This document shows, piece after piece, positions 13,027 to 27,184 of a DNA stretch of 64,000 nucleotides. Source of the DNA: Amoebophrya sp. A120 (taxonomy: Eukaryota; Protista; Dinoflagellata); assembly GCA_905178155.1 (NCBI GenBank), contig CAJINV010000005.1:7494989-7558988 (forward strand), read 5' to 3'. Position 1 is the stretch's first letter. The number at the start of each line of letters is the position of its first letter. The notes beneath the pieces are model-generated. The model searched no databases, was not told where the DNA came from, and was given only the letters and a program-made list of their open reading frames with translations. A program made the position numbers and the translations under genes.

Positions 13027-16000
13027 ATGAAGACGGGAGGAACTACACCAGGGAATAGGGGGAGCAGAGGAAAAATTTCGTCCGGACAACAACCACTGCA
13101 CCGGAGCCGCAAGACGATATCAATCACGAGCTCCAACAAACCCCACGCGTCAAGAACGGCGCTTGCGGCTACCGCAACTACCTTCTGTTGTAATGGAGGT
13201 CCAACTTCCGCGCTCCTTTCCCTCTCAGCCTGCTCATCCCCATTCGTATTTTTGCTAACCCACGCCCAGAAGCTTCGTGGCCAAGACCAGCAGGACAAGA
13301 AGGCCGCAGCTGCTGCCGCATCAACTGCCGATAATTCTGCAGCGGGAAGTTCTTGGGGCCGCGACTGGGCGTGGCCGACTGTGCACAGCCTGCTCTATGA
13401 TAATGCGCAGGATGAAGAGCAGGCCCACCGGGCCGTCGAGCATGCGGACGACGAACCCGCCCGGCCCTCCGAGCGGCTGGGCGGCTCTGGGATGGAGCTA
13501 ACGGGGAATCCGCCCCAGGAGCACTACACACAGCGCCATTCCGCGGCCGCGAAGGCGGGGTTGCCGGACATCTCCGACCAACTGTGTGAGGCCGCGAAGC
13601 TGGCGAATTCCATGGTGCACAAAATGGTGCACCGGTTCGAAACGCACGAGGGACTCAAAGTGCAGGGCGTACACGGCCCCCACGAGCTCGGCGGGAAGGC
13701 GGACGAAATCAACTACGTCCCGCACGGGCTGGCCTCCGGTAGTCTGTGGGTGGTGGCCGGCGGGTCGACCACGACGGGGTTTGTGGTATCAAATGCAAAA
13801 GTGTCTGGGACTGGGAGATTGCGTTTGCGATATTTGCCATGCTAGTCTGGTATGACTCTGAAATCAGTATTGCGTGGCCGCGAAGAGCTCCTCTCGCCTG
13901 TCATGCAAAAATGCAGTTTCTCATGCGGAGTTCGCAACTCAGAACCACGGAAAAACTTGCCATGCTGTGCAGCGCATTACAGAGCGCTCACTCTACTTCC
14001 GTTCTTTGCATCACAAGTTTCCAGACCCAGACATATTTACAATGCATATGCGGAGGAAGTCGATTACTACGTGCGGAACCAGACCAAGCTGGGCGTGCAC
14101 ATCGGCCCGCCGTTAGTCATGGACTCGGCCTCTATGCACGGGATCGGGCTGTTGCGGCAAAACGAACTGGAGAAAACCGTGCAGGACCTGCAGTCCATGA
14201 AACCCTCCAAGCGGGCGGTCTTCTGGAAAGTTTTGTCCGCGGGATTTGCGTCGCTCGCGACCCGGGCGAAGGCGTTCACGAACTATCCACGGTAAATTTC
14301 CCGTACACGACGTACAAATACAGTCTCTGCATGACAAAACTTGGCTTCGATCCTAGATTAGCATAACAAGTTTGACGCTCCAAATTGGTAGAATTTGTGA
14401 TGCATCTTGTACATGTACGGAAAATTTGTATTGCATACGAACAAAACCGAGGTCATGAAGCTAGACCTGGACCGGTTGGAGTATGACATGGAGGAGGTGA
14501 AAGAAAACCGGGACATTATGCATTGCAAATATGTCTGGATCTGGAAACTTGTGTTGCTGATTCTTGCATTGCAGACTGGCTACTTGTACGGCATAACAGC
14601 ATGATAAATTTCCCTCGGCCCTCCTTGCGGATTCATTCGCATTTAGCATGGCAAACTGCCTTCCAGCACGATAAAAAAAATGGTCAATCGTATTCCTGCA
14701 TCACAGATCTTGTTGCCCATCTCCTTTAGGGTTTGGGTTTAGGGTTTAGGGTTCAGAGCGGTCGGACGACGACGCAGGCGAAGAGAGAAAGCCCAACAGA
14801 AAAGCACCACCAGCGCCGGCAGCCGCGGCAGAAGAGCAACCAACAGCAAAGGCCCCGACACAGAAAAAAACAAAGGGCGCGGCTGGGCCGAAACCGAAGC
14901 CACCAGTAGCCACGACAGCAGGAAAAGCCCCAGCAAAAGCTCCGGAACAGAAAAAGGCGAAGGGGGCTGCCGGACCGAAGCCGAAGGCAACGGAAGCCAA
15001 ACCGCCGAAACCCAAGGCGGGCGGAAAGAAGAGATCTGCAGAGGAGGCGGAGGCGCTCCCGGGTGTGGCAAGCAAAAAACAGAAACAAACCAGCAAAAAA
15101 CAGGAGGAAGCCAACCCAGCGAGAAAAAAGCCACCACCTAAACAGAACGAGGCGCCGCGACAGGCCGCTAATTCCGCAGCGGAAAACACCGCAGAAGCGG
15201 CGCCACCGAAGAGCGAGCAAGCCGAGACACGGAAGACCCACGGAACAGAGCAACTGGCTACGCAGGGAGATCGGGAGGACGCGAAATCTGCAAACGGGCT
15301 CGGCGGGAGGGCCGAAGCAGACAAGCAGGAAACAGCGGCAACAGAGAAAAGCAAGGCACAACCGGCGAGGCCAGGTGCCATGTTTACGTCGACGAGCCAG
15401 TTCTCGATGGTCGGTGACCTGTTCCGCGAACTGGAACGCAGCCGGAACAACAGCAACCAGCCAGCCTCTCACTCCTCCTCAGCCTCTTCCTCCTCGTCCG
15501 CAAATACGAAAGCCAAGTAAAAAAAAGAAGAAAAGAAGAACCCCACTCGTCGAACCCCGGCGGATACCCCCTCAAGCCCATCCCTCCCCGCATAGTAGTA
15601 CCCCTTACCTACATGAAGAGCGAGGGACCTCGTAGCACCAGGCGGAATGGAAAATAGTAGCTACCCCCAGACGATAGCAAAGTAGCGAACGACGACCCGG
15701 AGTGCGCAGAATCGGTTGTAGACATGGCGGCAAATCGACCGACGAAAAAGAGCGCGCGAGATAACCACACTGAAACCAAGCAGACACCTGACTGACGTTT
15801 TGTACATATAGAGCTGCGCAAAGATGCAAAAAAAAAGAGAAAAAGGGAAAAAGCGCAAGCCGTCCGGCGGGGCGGCCGCTCCTATCCATCACACATCGGG
15901 GCACTCGATGTTCCTGTTCGGTCCCGGCGACGACGAGGGGTAGCGAGAGCCACAGCACGGAGCGACACAGAGGAAAAGAGAGTAATCCAAAAACGCATGG

Positions 16001-19000
16001 CCTCACGTACGTACACTTCTGCACTTTTGTCTTTGCTCCCCGAAAGGGGGTTTCCTGAGGGGGGGGGTGCGGGAAGTCTAAAAGCAAATGGAACGAAAGC
16101 CGCCTGCAAACGAAGCGATCAAAAACCACGGCAGAAGCGATGTCATGTGGGTGGTGTGGTACAGGGGCGATTGCGATCCCCCATTAGGCATGGCGATAGC
16201 AAGGGCGTTGCACGACGCGAAGATCTGTCATGCAGTTTGAACGAGCCAGAACCAAGCCCCACAGTCAAGACGACAACAGCGGCAAAGTGATCAGCCTTCG
16301 GGCGTGCGCGATGCTCGTTCCATCTACTTTTTCGACGATTCACTTCCTTCACCAGGGCCTTGCTCAACCCTGGACCAGAACGAGTAGGACCAAGGACCCA
16401 AGAGGTAGGCACTGTAGCGGAAAGTTGGAGCAAAAAATTTTTTTTTTTGAAAAAGAACCCAATAGGAGCCGACCTGCGTGGATGGTTATAAAACAGGTAG
16501 CCTGACCCCAAATGGCAATGATCATTGGGAGCAGCAGAGCGCAGCAGGACCCCGGGACTGCAACAGCTCACCCCTGTTTTAACTTAGAATCACGCAGTGC
16601 TCCGAGTATGCCACTACCTCGACCCCTCAAGAAAAGAAGTAGCCCCCCCAACTACATCACCGCCGTCCGCGATCAGGATACGACTTGTACTAACCAACAT
16701 TGTACCAACCGAGATCCCGCGGGGCACAGGGTCTGGGCGGCTCGAAGCAGAACGTGCAGCACAAGCGGGAGACAACACATCCAAAGGTGGGGATGGTCTC
16801 AGGTCGTTCAGGTCCGCCAAGGGTTGCGTCGCGCTATCAGGGTTTCGCCAACTCCGCGGGGGCGTTGCGGGTAACTCCCTAAAACACCAAAACCGGCAGA
16901 AATTAGGGCCGGCAGTCCGGGTAATTGCTCACCAGTCGTTTTGTATGACGAACCAAGAGGTGCAACGCGAACAGATAGGCATGAATTTAGCATCTCCGGC
17001 TGGTAGAGCAATCGGCTACCGAGGTACGTCAGGGGGCGTAGCTACATCAATCAATCAATCTCCTTCTTGAGGTCTTGCATTACAAATCCAGACCAAGATC
17101 GATATTTGCACTGGATTGACATTATGGTCAAGCAAAAGTACCAAACCCTACAAGTTCTCACGAAGCAACGCAAGATCGTGGAACGGTTTCGGGACGAGAA
17201 AAACACTACTACCAGTGCCACAGCGGCGGCGGTGGAACAAAATCAAAATCCAGCGGAAAATCAAAATTCTACCGAAGGTAATGGTCAAACCGGTGCTGGC
17301 GGTGCAGCGGCGACCTCTAGTACAACGACCAAGAAGAAATTTAAGCCCAAGGCGTTCAACAAACTTCCGAAGCAGGAACTGGAGCTGCTGCAGTCCCCGG
17401 GGTTGCAGCCCTTTCTGGACGAGCGGCTGAAGTTCGAGAACTTGGACACCTTGAGTCTCTATCAAATGCAAATATAATGTCTGGGTCTGGAAGGTTGCCA
17501 GGTTTGTCATGCATATTTTGCCTGACTCAGGATGTCTGTAATGCATGACGTAGCGTCACAGATTTTTAGAGACCTTCGCGACTCCTATTCCGCATGACAA
17601 ATGCCCTCCCCGCGTAGCACAAACTGGACTCCTCATCTTGCTGGTAATGCAATACAGATTTTTTTAGAGTCCGAAGTTAGCATCACAAGTTCCAAGCTTC
17701 CAGAGGACCCAGACGTGTTTGCAATGCATAGTCTCGAAGAGCTCACCGAACAGCTCGAACTGTTGGATGACGCGCACAAGCAACTGTCGCAGACCCCGAT
17801 TCCCGAGATGCCCGCCACCGGAAAGCCGCGCAAGGAGAAAATGCCGATGGCACTCGACGACTCCCCCTTGCAGGTGGAGCTTCACTATGCAATACAAATT
17901 TCCCGTACATGTACAAGATGCATCACAAATTTCACCAATTTGGAGCGCAAGACTTGTCATGCTAAACTAGGATCGAAGCCAAGTTTTGTCATGCAGGGAC
18001 CGCATCTGTACGTGTGCGGAAAATTTACTGTGGATATACACTCGAATCGCTTCACGAACGAAGACGACCTTGGCCCGGAGCTGTTTGTCGCCCTGAAGCC
18101 CTTCGTGATATGGATTGCAAAAATGTCTGGGTCTGGAAGGATGCAAGGTTTGTCATGCTTGTCTGGCATGACTGAAGAGTTTGTGATGCGTGTCCACGAA
18201 GAAGAGACACTTTTGTTTGTCATGCGAAACGCAGTTTATTGTCATGCGGAAAGCGCAACACTAAGCAGCGCCGCAAATATTTCTTGTCATGCTTGGCTGT
18301 GCATTACAAAGAGTTCACTCTTTTTCACAACTCAGCATTACAAGTTTCCAGACATCCAGACACTTTTGCAGTTGATACGTGACTATGCACGACAAGAAAC
18401 ACCCGGCCTCCGGCGAGCGAGTCAAGCGGCCCGCAGTGGTGCCGAAAGCGGAGCAGGCGGCGCTGAAGAACGAACAGGAGGAGAGCCCCTCCACCACCAC
18501 GCGCAGTGCCAGCGGTAGTGCCAGCCGGACGCCAGAACACTCGTCCACCGCTATCCTGAGTAAAAACGTCCCCACCTTCTACCCAGAGTCAAGATGGGGA
18601 CTTTGCAACACAAACCTAGGAGTTTTCTTGGGAGTCACGCATGACAAGTTACAGTCCGTCTCCGTAAGGTAGTGCAAGTTACTAGCAAGGAAAGCCGCAT
18701 CACAAGTCGATCTGCTGGTCCTGTTTAATACAGCATTACAAGTTCCTAAACACGCGTGAAAATGCCTGTCATGGGGTTGTGCGTCACAAATGTTGCTGTC
18801 ATGGCAAATCTGCAGGACAACTCTGGGGTGGGGATGGTTTTACTCAGGATAGCTGGGGGTTACTCCACCGCGGATTCCGCCGGAAAAGTGGTGTCGGACG
18901 ATATCCTGTGCAAAAGTATCGTACTCGTATAAATGCATTACAAATTTCCTCAGCATGAGAAAGAAAATTTGTAATGCTGATTTGCCTTGGTAACAAGATT

Positions 19001-22000
19001 TGTGATGCAAGACTTGCATTTATACGAGTGCGATGCTTTTGCATTCCATAGACGGCCCTCGTCCTTCTGGGTCGGAGGCCCACTCGGACGAGGGCTCGCA
19101 CTCGTCGCACTTATGGCGTTCTCAACTGTTACATTCTCAGCTGTTGCATGGGTTTGTGATGCAAGAATGGCAAAAGTCAAAGCAGGGAGGTTGCACCTGT
19201 AGCATTACAAATTCCGCACAGATTTAGGTGCTGTTTAGCCTTTCCAAAATTTGCCATGCGAAGTAGCTTCACCTTGTGAGTGTTGATGTTCGTTTTGCAT
19301 TACAAATCATGTAACAGTTGAGAGTGTAACAGTTGAGAACGCCATACCATTCCGGGTCCGAATCGGAGGGGTCGCATTCGCACGACCGGGACGAGCACGA
19401 ACAACCAAATTTGGACGTGGAACAAATGGACCCAGCGACGGAGGGCGATCTGAACGACGATCCGGAGCTTCCCTCTGAAGCAGATGGGTACGGGGAGTAT
19501 GGGGAGTGCGAAGACGACTGTGATGAGGACATGAAGCACAAATCCGCCGAGGACATCCAGGATTCCTTCGAACTTTTCCGTTATGAAATGCAAAAATGTG
19601 TGGGTCTGGAAACTTGTAATGCTGTGTGGCGTATCATGAGGAGGCCACAATTGCTGGCTCAGCATGACAAGTTTCTGAGCTTCTAGGTGTTTTGCCTATT
19701 TTGCATCACAAATTACGTTTCTGCATCACAGAAAAATGGAGCTCTTGGGTAACGTGCATGACAGATTTGAGAGTCATACCAGATCGAAGCATGACAAACT
19801 TGCGCTCTACTTCCAGGCCCAGACATTTTTGCATTCGATATCCGCCTCCAATTCTTCTCCCGCGCCGTCTGGATGTACGAGCTGACCGGGGTGCTGCAGG
19901 GCGTCGCGGTATGCAGTGCAAAAGTATCGTACTCGTAGTAACTGCAGCAATGCATTACAAATCTAGGTTGTTAAGGTAAATCCGCATTACAAATTTAGTT
20001 TGTAATGCTGAGATTATTTGTATTGCGATTTATACTTAGTACGATATTTTTGCAGTTCATACGCGCAGGCCGCCGACGATTTCGAGATCAAGGAAAAGCG
20101 CCGGTACGCAGAGGAGCAGCGCAAGCGGGTCCTGCACCTGGGTGCGAAGGAGGAGACGGAGGAGGAACTGCAGCAGCGGCTGCACAACGAACACCTCCAG
20201 ATCAATGCGGAGCTGGAAAAACGGACCATCAAAATCACCTTCGTCTATTTCGACCACAAGTTCACCGCGGAGGAACACCAGCAGCCCCCGCGCCACCTGT
20301 ACGTCAAAATCCCGATGTTGTGGTGCGTGCGCAACGTGGAATTCTGCAATCACGGGGTGCACACCTGGACCAAGCGCGCCTTCACCCATTTGAAGCACCC
20401 GATCGGCCGCGAGTCGCACAAGCTGCCGGAATATCAACTGCAAAAGTATCGTACTCGTATAAATGCATGACAAATTTTCTCAGCATGAGAAATAGAATTT
20501 GTAATGCGGATTTACCTTAAAAAAAGATTTGTAATGCAGAAATGCGATTAGTACGAGTTCGATACTTTTGCACAGGATACAGAAGAGGAATCCTTTTTCT
20601 CGGTGTCCTTCAAACCGGACAATCTCGCGGAAGTACCAATCGCAAATATGTCTGGGTCTGGAATAAACTTGTGATGCAAGGAAGAAAATACTGAAAACAC
20701 TGTAATGCGCTGCCCAGCATGACAAATAGTTTCGCTGTGGTTCATCTGAGTTGCGTACTCCGCATGAGAAACTGCACTTTTGCGCGACAGGAAAGAGGAG
20801 CGCTTCGCGGCCACGCAATACAGAGTTCAGAGTCATGCCAGACTAGCATGACAAATATATCTCCCAGACCCAGACATGTTTGCAGTTCATAGGAGGTGAA
20901 CGAGAACGACGCGCTGAAGGGGGCGGACAACTCCTACTTCTTATGCATTGCAAAAGTATCGCACTCGTAGTAATTATCGCAGTCATGCATGACAAACCTC
21001 CATCCCAAGGTAAATCAGCATGGCAAATTCGCCTTTGTCATGCTGACCCAATTTGTAATGCAAAAATTACTACATAGTTATGGTTATGCGATGCTTTTGC
21101 AGTTCATACTTTTCCGTGCGCGACATTTCGCGCCTTCTGCACGACCGGCTGCCGACGGGGGAGTTGATGTCCCTGGACCATGACGAGTCGGGGGTGATTG
21201 ACTATCACGCGGGGCTGGACATGACGAAGGAATTACACTCCCTGATGGAAAACTCCTCGCCCTTCATGGTCCAGCAGTGGCTGCAGCCGGGCACCAAAGC
21301 GAAAAACGGACAACTGATTTATGCGAGGCAAATGTGGTTGTTGTGTTTTTCTTCATCTCATCCCGCTCATTTCCTCGATATTCTGTTATATATCAGACTG
21401 CTGTGAGTAAGAAAGTATTTATTTTTTTGTCACGTGCGGCGAACCTTGCAGCTGCTCCTGAGATTTCGCACTACAACTTCATGCGCACCAGCTTCTGATG
21501 TACCAAATCAGATGAAGAAGTATCCATGATCAAAAATTGCAGCAAGGCACCCGCTAGTTGCTCCATTCAGGGTCTTGAGGAGCGAAGTGCTGTACTGGTG
21601 CTGCGCCTGTTGACACAATACAGATTTCAAGATCTTCCTCCTTCTTTTTGTTAGTACACTGCTAGCCGGTGTCAAAAACGCTATATAATTGAAAACTAAC
21701 GACATATTTGCCCCAAAACTGCATACTATTCCGCCCATCTCGAAGAATCCCAAACTACACGGGAACGCAGGCATGACAGACGAGGAAGCGCAAGCGAAGC
21801 GGTCGCACGTTTGGAAGCACCTGCAGCCAATTTTCGCGGTGCCGACCTCCCGGTCCATCAAGGGCAAGGTGCGGGTGTCCATATCCACTGCAAAAGTATC
21901 GTACTCGTATAAATGCAAGTCTTGCATTACACATCTTGTTCCCAAGGAAAATCAGCATGACAAGTTCCATTTTATCTCGTGCTGAGCAAACTTGTAATGC

Positions 22001-22462
22001 AGTTTATACTAAGTGCCTTGCTTTTGCAGTTCATAGTCCAGTCCGCGCACCGACAAACTGCTGGGGGAAATGAAGGGGAACCGGTTCGAGGAGGATTGGT
22101 TGGAGTCGCTGGTGATATCAAATGCGAATATGTCTGCGTCTGGAAATTTGTGATGCATGTCAGTGAAAAGAAAGCACACTGTAATTATTCACCGCGAGGC
22201 ATGACAGATTTATGTTTATCCTTGATGGCTCCGTGTTGCAGCGTATTCGGCAAGACAAACAGCGTTTTTGCATGACAGATAAGAGGAGCTCTTGCTGGCC
22301 ACGCAATACAGAGCTCAGTGTCATGCCCGACTAGCATGACAAATACCGCATCCTTCCAGACCCAGACATATTTGCACTTGATAGGTGAGTTACAAAAACA
22401 AGATCACCACGCCCTTCTTCACGAGCACGATTCATCACATGAACACGAAAGTGGTGGTGTGA
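13027..22462 (+). CDS. Large hypothetical protein split by 17 introners
   Basis: One frame is kept across elements starting at 13787, 14284, 14517, 17460, 17886, 18109, 18552, 18902, 19112, 19582, 19910, 20432, 20634, 20942, 21320, 21882, 22116; ends ...HMNTKVVV* at 22462. Confidence 0.75.
13787..14048. mobile_element. Introner family A
   Basis: TIRs; TSD tgtgg/tgcgg. Confidence 0.85.
14284..14437. mobile_element. Introner family D (tatccac.gtaaatttcccgtac)
   Basis: TIRs; TSD cgaac. Confidence 0.85.
14517..17117. mobile_element. Introner family A carrying a 2.3-kb nested retroposon
   Basis: Left TIR at 14517, right TIR ending 17117; TSD gacat; host frame resumes (RDIMVKQKY). Confidence 0.8.
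14727..17057 (+). mobile_element. 5'-truncated non-LTR-like retroposon with 5' TTTAGGG repeats and 3' (ATCA)n tail
   Basis: 8-bp TSD atctcctt (14719-14726, 17058-17065); (T)TTAGGG x3-4 at the 5' junction; atcaatcaatca tail; K/A/P-rich frame open to 15520. Confidence 0.7.
17460..17730. mobile_element. Introner family A
   Basis: TIRs; TSD gtctc. Confidence 0.85.
17886..18036. mobile_element. Introner family D, reverse orientation
   Basis: Reverse complement of the 14284-14437 type; TSD ttcac/tacac. Confidence 0.85.
18109..18377. mobile_element. Introner family A
   Basis: TIRs; TSD cgtga. Confidence 0.85.
18552..18851. mobile_element. Introner (tatcctgagtaaaaac family)
   Basis: TIR tatcctgagtaaaa / ttttactcaggata; TSD degenerate. 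Confidence 0.75.
18902..19050. mobile_element. Introner family B
   Basis: TIRs; TSD gacga/gacgg. Confidence 0.85.
19112..19346. mobile_element. Introner family F (tatggcgttctcaactgttaca)
   Basis: Near-perfect TIR; TSD gcact/ccatt. Confidence 0.85.
19582..19840. mobile_element. Introner family A
   Basis: TIRs; TSD tccgt/tccgc. Confidence 0.85.
19910..20061. mobile_element. Introner family B
   Basis: TIRs; TSD cgcgg/cgcgc. Confidence 0.85.
20432..20579. mobile_element. Introner family B
   Basis: TIRs; TSD cggaa/cagaa. Confidence 0.85.
20634..20891. mobile_element. Introner family A
   Basis: TIRs; TSD ggaag/ggagg. Confidence 0.8.
20942..21108. mobile_element. Introner family B
   Basis: TIRs; TSD cttct/ctttt. 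Confidence 0.8.
21320..21725. mobile_element. Old/degenerate introner
   Basis: tatgc..gcata ends; TSD tgatt/ctatt; frame restored. Confidence 0.6.
21882..22035. mobile_element. Introner family B
   Basis: TIRs; TSD gtcca. Confidence 0.85.
22116..22383. mobile_element. Introner family A
   Basis: TIRs; TSD ggtga. Confidence 0.85.
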
Positions 22463-25400
22463 TCATGTAAGATGGACGAGGAGATGAAGACATGTGAAGT
22501 ACCTGGACAAGAAGCTGTCGTGTTGAGTTTCTGTTGCAAAAACTTCTACACGTGTAGAAGATGGTGTATTAGCAGAGTTGCTCATTGTTCACAGCCTCTT
22601 GAAGATGCTTCTCCCGTCGAAAGAAGTGCTCATCTGGTCAACATTTTTAATTTACCTATCGCATCATTTTGGAACACATTTCTTGATACATATCATTTTT
22701 CATTTTTAATACACAGTAGTTTAAACCTTTACAACTTTTTCAGCACGACGCCATATTTGACATTATTTTACATGATAAAGCTTTCAACCAGCACCACTGC
22801 TCTCGTGATCGCACGTGCGAGCTGCAGGCTTTTTGTATTTCATAAACAGATTCGAAACAGGTGAAGTGAGATTAAATTGAGTTTATCTTTATTGGAATTA
22901 TGTGTAAGTAACTAAGTACCTCCTGAGAAGGTACTATGCGCCCTAAGAAAATAATCGAGTTCTTTTCGCACCAATTTCTCATCACAGGCACTACTAGTAC
23001 TACACCGATAGGGTAGTTTACTAGAAGCACCTCGATGTTGAGTCACTCAACCAAAGTAGTGCTACAACGCACTGACTGCACAAGAGATTCTATCGTGGAG
23101 ATTTCTTTTCCACGATTGACGTTGACAGGTTTAGAGTTTTTTTCTGCCACTACAAATTAATTCAAAAATCGCCGATTACGAGTTCTTCGAGTCATTTGCC
23201 ACTTGCAATTGATCGCCGATGTTAGTTTTTACTACTGAGTTGTACTAAATTTTCAGATAATTTTTATGCCGATTTCTGATTTGTATATTGTTTTGGTAAT
23301 ATGCAAAAGGGTCGCTCTTGATACAAGAATGCTCCGCTATAGGTGGACGAGGAAGCAATGCACACGGTCTATTCCGCGGAAGCAATGTGCACTGCCACTG
23401 TATCTATCATCGACTGATTTTTGCATTAGAGTAAAACAAAACGAAAACTACACGAGTTGTCTTAAATTTCAATGCCAGTTCTACTACAATTTTCGAGATA
23501 GAATTGTCATCAGACAAAATTCTTTCAATAGCGCAAGAACAGTTCTAGTTTTTCAAGCTTCAGAAAAGAAGTTAATATGCAAGACTTCCAGCAACGAAAA
23601 TTCACCCCCTACAAGAACCCCAATAAAATTTCATCGTAATTTAGTAACGGCTCAAGAACCATCAGCACATAATTAGTCGAGCACCGCCCGCAGAGGCGAA
23701 TATGCGGTGTGGGCCACAGGCTGGTAGTCCTTCCAACAATCGCCGGAGCCCGAAAATTTTACTACTTTTACTTTGAATTTCCCCACTGTTGCTCTACTGA
23801 AAGAACGTAATTACCAGCACTTGTTGTAAACCACGAATAAAAAGTAGAGTGTCGTGCCTAAAATGAGAAATGCCGGGGCCTCAGGGTCACCAGCAAGAAC
23901 CAACACAACTCACACTAAGAACAGCCAACAGGAGCACAACTTCACGCAGGAGTTGTATCTATGCGCACACTCATAGTAGAGCAACAGTGGAAAACAAGAC
24001 GTCGACACAGCATCGCCAAACGCGGAACAAGAAACACTGCACTGGTGCAGCATACTGGGAGACGCAGGAGGAGATAATGGAGTTATCCAACAACTTCTTT
24101 CTAGCTTCTACCCGCGCTGTGTAGTCGTCGTCTGAATCTGAAAATTTGTTTCTCGTCGGAGAAGCACGACGATGAACATAGTTTCTGTAGCTGTAACACG
24201 ACAACAAACTACACAACTTTTTTGTAACGAAAACGCATACGCAACACCTCCAAGCATTAATATCACACCATCACTTAAAAACACGCACCACAACTAGCGA
24301 AGCACGGTACTTTTTAACTACTTTTTCTACCGGAGAAGACAAGGACAACAAAAACGGAGACATTTTTAAGGAGGAACAGGAAGTAGGTAGACAGCAGCAG
24401 CACAAAAAATGCCCCGGTCAGGAGTGCTTCTATTGAAAAAAAATATCAAAAAAAACAAAAAAAAGCACGTCCTAACTTTTCAAACTTTGTTAAACTTTTA
24501 CATCATCACACGTTCATCCATACCTCTTTTAGATTTACATACACATTATCACAGTACTTATTCAGCTCGATATTTTCTTTTATTTTGGATATTTCATCAG
24601 TTTTTTGTTTATCATCTTCGTAGCATTTTCTTTTTGTTTTAACATGATTCATACACCCAAGTCATTTTCAGGTTTTTTGCAACAAATCAAATGTACAGCC
24701 CTATTAACCTTGTTACTCTCGACCAAAGCATCCCATTTTCCGCTGCTCTGTCTGTGCTATTTTACCACTCTGAATGTCGACTACAAAGTGCAGCCACAGA
24801 TGCTGTTGCGTTTGTGCCGCCATAAAAATAGTAGTTGCGAAAACAAAATCTCCGGCGCCCGCTACAGGAGGTAGGGGACGAAAAATGTAGAAGAGGTACA
24901 ATTTTACGTGCTGAAAATGAAGATTAGAACACCTAGCGAAAGTGCGAACTTTTTTGCGCTTGATCTCGACTTTACAACGTTTGTACCAAATTTAAAGCTT
25001 TCGTCCATCACTTCTTTGACTATGTTTTATTTCGCATAATTACAACTCAAATTTCTTATTTCTACTTATCATTTTGTACTACAACGACGTATTAAAAATT
25101 TTATCGCCCGACTCTTTATGCAAAAGATTCCTGACTACGAACTCAAAGTCAAACACTCCTGTGCTCAAGATTACGGACGCGGCTGTAACACAAATTCTCG
25201 AAAAGAAACGTGATTTGCTAGTGGTCCGGGTACACAGTTGTATTGTTGCTGGAGCAGCATGCCCAGACGGGTCTTTGCGTAACTTGCGGAAAAAAAAAGA
25301 AGCGAACCCGTACCAGTACACAAGAGCGCTATGAAACAAACCGCGGCCACCGTCTACTGGAATTGTGACAGGCGTCGAGCAGCTCAGCGCAGTACTTCTG

Positions 25401-27184
25401 AACCAAGATGACTAGCTTTCGAACACTAAGCGCCGCAAGCAACTATCCTTAAACTTTCTGGACTTTATTCAAATCAATTTTGTTGAAGGGGTGACCATCT
25501 CTACTCTGTTGGCAGAACAACATCAAGTGACGTCACGGCGTCAGAAAAACACTCTGCAGCCCCCACACTGCAGATGAAGAGTAGGAAGCCATAGATATGA
25601 TCACAGGGCCCTTTCCTCCCCCAATTTCGTTTTAGTATTTGCCGTAAAAAAACACAAGCTGACGACGCGACAAGAGCAAGAAACAGTAACAGGAGTCGGG
25701 CGGTAAAGAGAAAAGATCTTTAACGAAAAAAACTTGAGCTAGTACGTTGCCCACAGTCCTGAATGGACGAGAGTGGGTGGTCGCGGGCATCGGCAGATGG
25801 CTTTGCGAGCCCGCTGCTGAATGTGTTCGATGGCGCCGAGAAATTGTAGCTGCTTCTGCTTCTGTGTTGCTGTTGCTGCTACCATTGGACGAGCACGATG
25901 AAAGCAGTACTTCTGGTGTTGCAGCTATATCGAAGTATATTACGCTGCACATCGTGGTTCAGAATGCGTCTCGCTATTGACTTCGATGCAGTAGATTTGT
26001 GCGAAAGTAGTGTTGACTCCCCGCAGCTGTGGTATTTTTTCCCCTCTGTCTACGACTCCGTCCGACGTGGTGGAGGGTCAGCAGGGTGAATGGAAAGATA
26101 AGAAGTTGCAGCAACGGAGGGCAGTATTCATGTAGCTTTATGTCATGATCTCATCGCGCCGCGCCGAGAGCATGAACGTTATCAACCTGATGTAGTCTGT
26201 TCTTGTTATCATGGAGCATGGGAGAGAGGCCTTCGTGTCTGGATTTTTACGTATTGCCATGCCATGCATCAATGTTTACGTTTTTCATATTAGTCGTTCT
26301 TTCGCCCTACGTATTGCCCGCGCGCTACGCTCTACGGGTGGAGCGGTTGTTGGGGGGTAGAGGTCATTTTTCTTCTCTCAACACCGACGACACGCTTCAT
26401 TTTTCTGTATCTTTACTAACTCATATAGCACGCCTTGTCCCCACCTATTTCGGTTGATTTAGACTTTATAAGGCAAGGAAAAAGCAGGAAAAGTGCCAAT
26501 TTTTCTGCTTCTTTTCCTACTCGCCTTGTCCCCATCTAAAAATGAAAACTTGCAAACAACAGAGATGCTGTTTTGGTTCTAAGTCAGTAATTTTTAGGCG
26601 TAAACTGCCGTCAGCGAATTTCCTTAGTTTTTGTAGCTTTTTCTTGTTCAAATTGATCGCCGTAACAATAGAAATCAGGAATTTTTAGGCGTAAACTGCC
26701 GTCAGGATCTTCACCGCCAGGATCTTCACCACTTTCTGTTATTTTTGAATCACGGCTTGTAGCGCTTTTGAAGGTTTTCACAGTACCAAGCCCGTTATTC
26801 TGACCCTTAGCCGTGTTTTGATACCGATCTTCCAAAACTCGCACCCTCACACACACTAACACACAAAATACGAAGATCTTCACGACCTAAGAAACGTCCG
26901 TTCCTCAATTTCTAATCTGTATCTGTCACTTTTCACTACCAAAAGTACTCACTCTTTTACGGTCCCCAAAATACTCAAAGGTTTAAGGCTACCCAGGTTT
27001 TTCAATAGTTTAAGGCTTCCCAGGTTTTTCAAGTAGTTCATGGCTTCCCAAGTTTCCAGTTTTGCTGTCTGTTGAAAAAGAAAGAAGTTCTAACGCTAAA
27101 CGCAAACAAACCATTTTACGACCGATCCTGGAGCTGCGAGTGCGTGGCTTCAGTTTCGAGTCCGAGTTTTTGGGCAGATAGGCG

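Noticed and set aside
14727-14752. Chromosome end or misassembly
   Set aside because: Only 3-4 repeats, bounded by an 8-bp TSD, and the host introner and reading frame resume downstream.
22500-26190. Coding genes or rRNA/tRNA
   Set aside because: Only short low-complexity ORFs, no introners and no recognisable RNA-gene signature; treated as intergenic/UTR.
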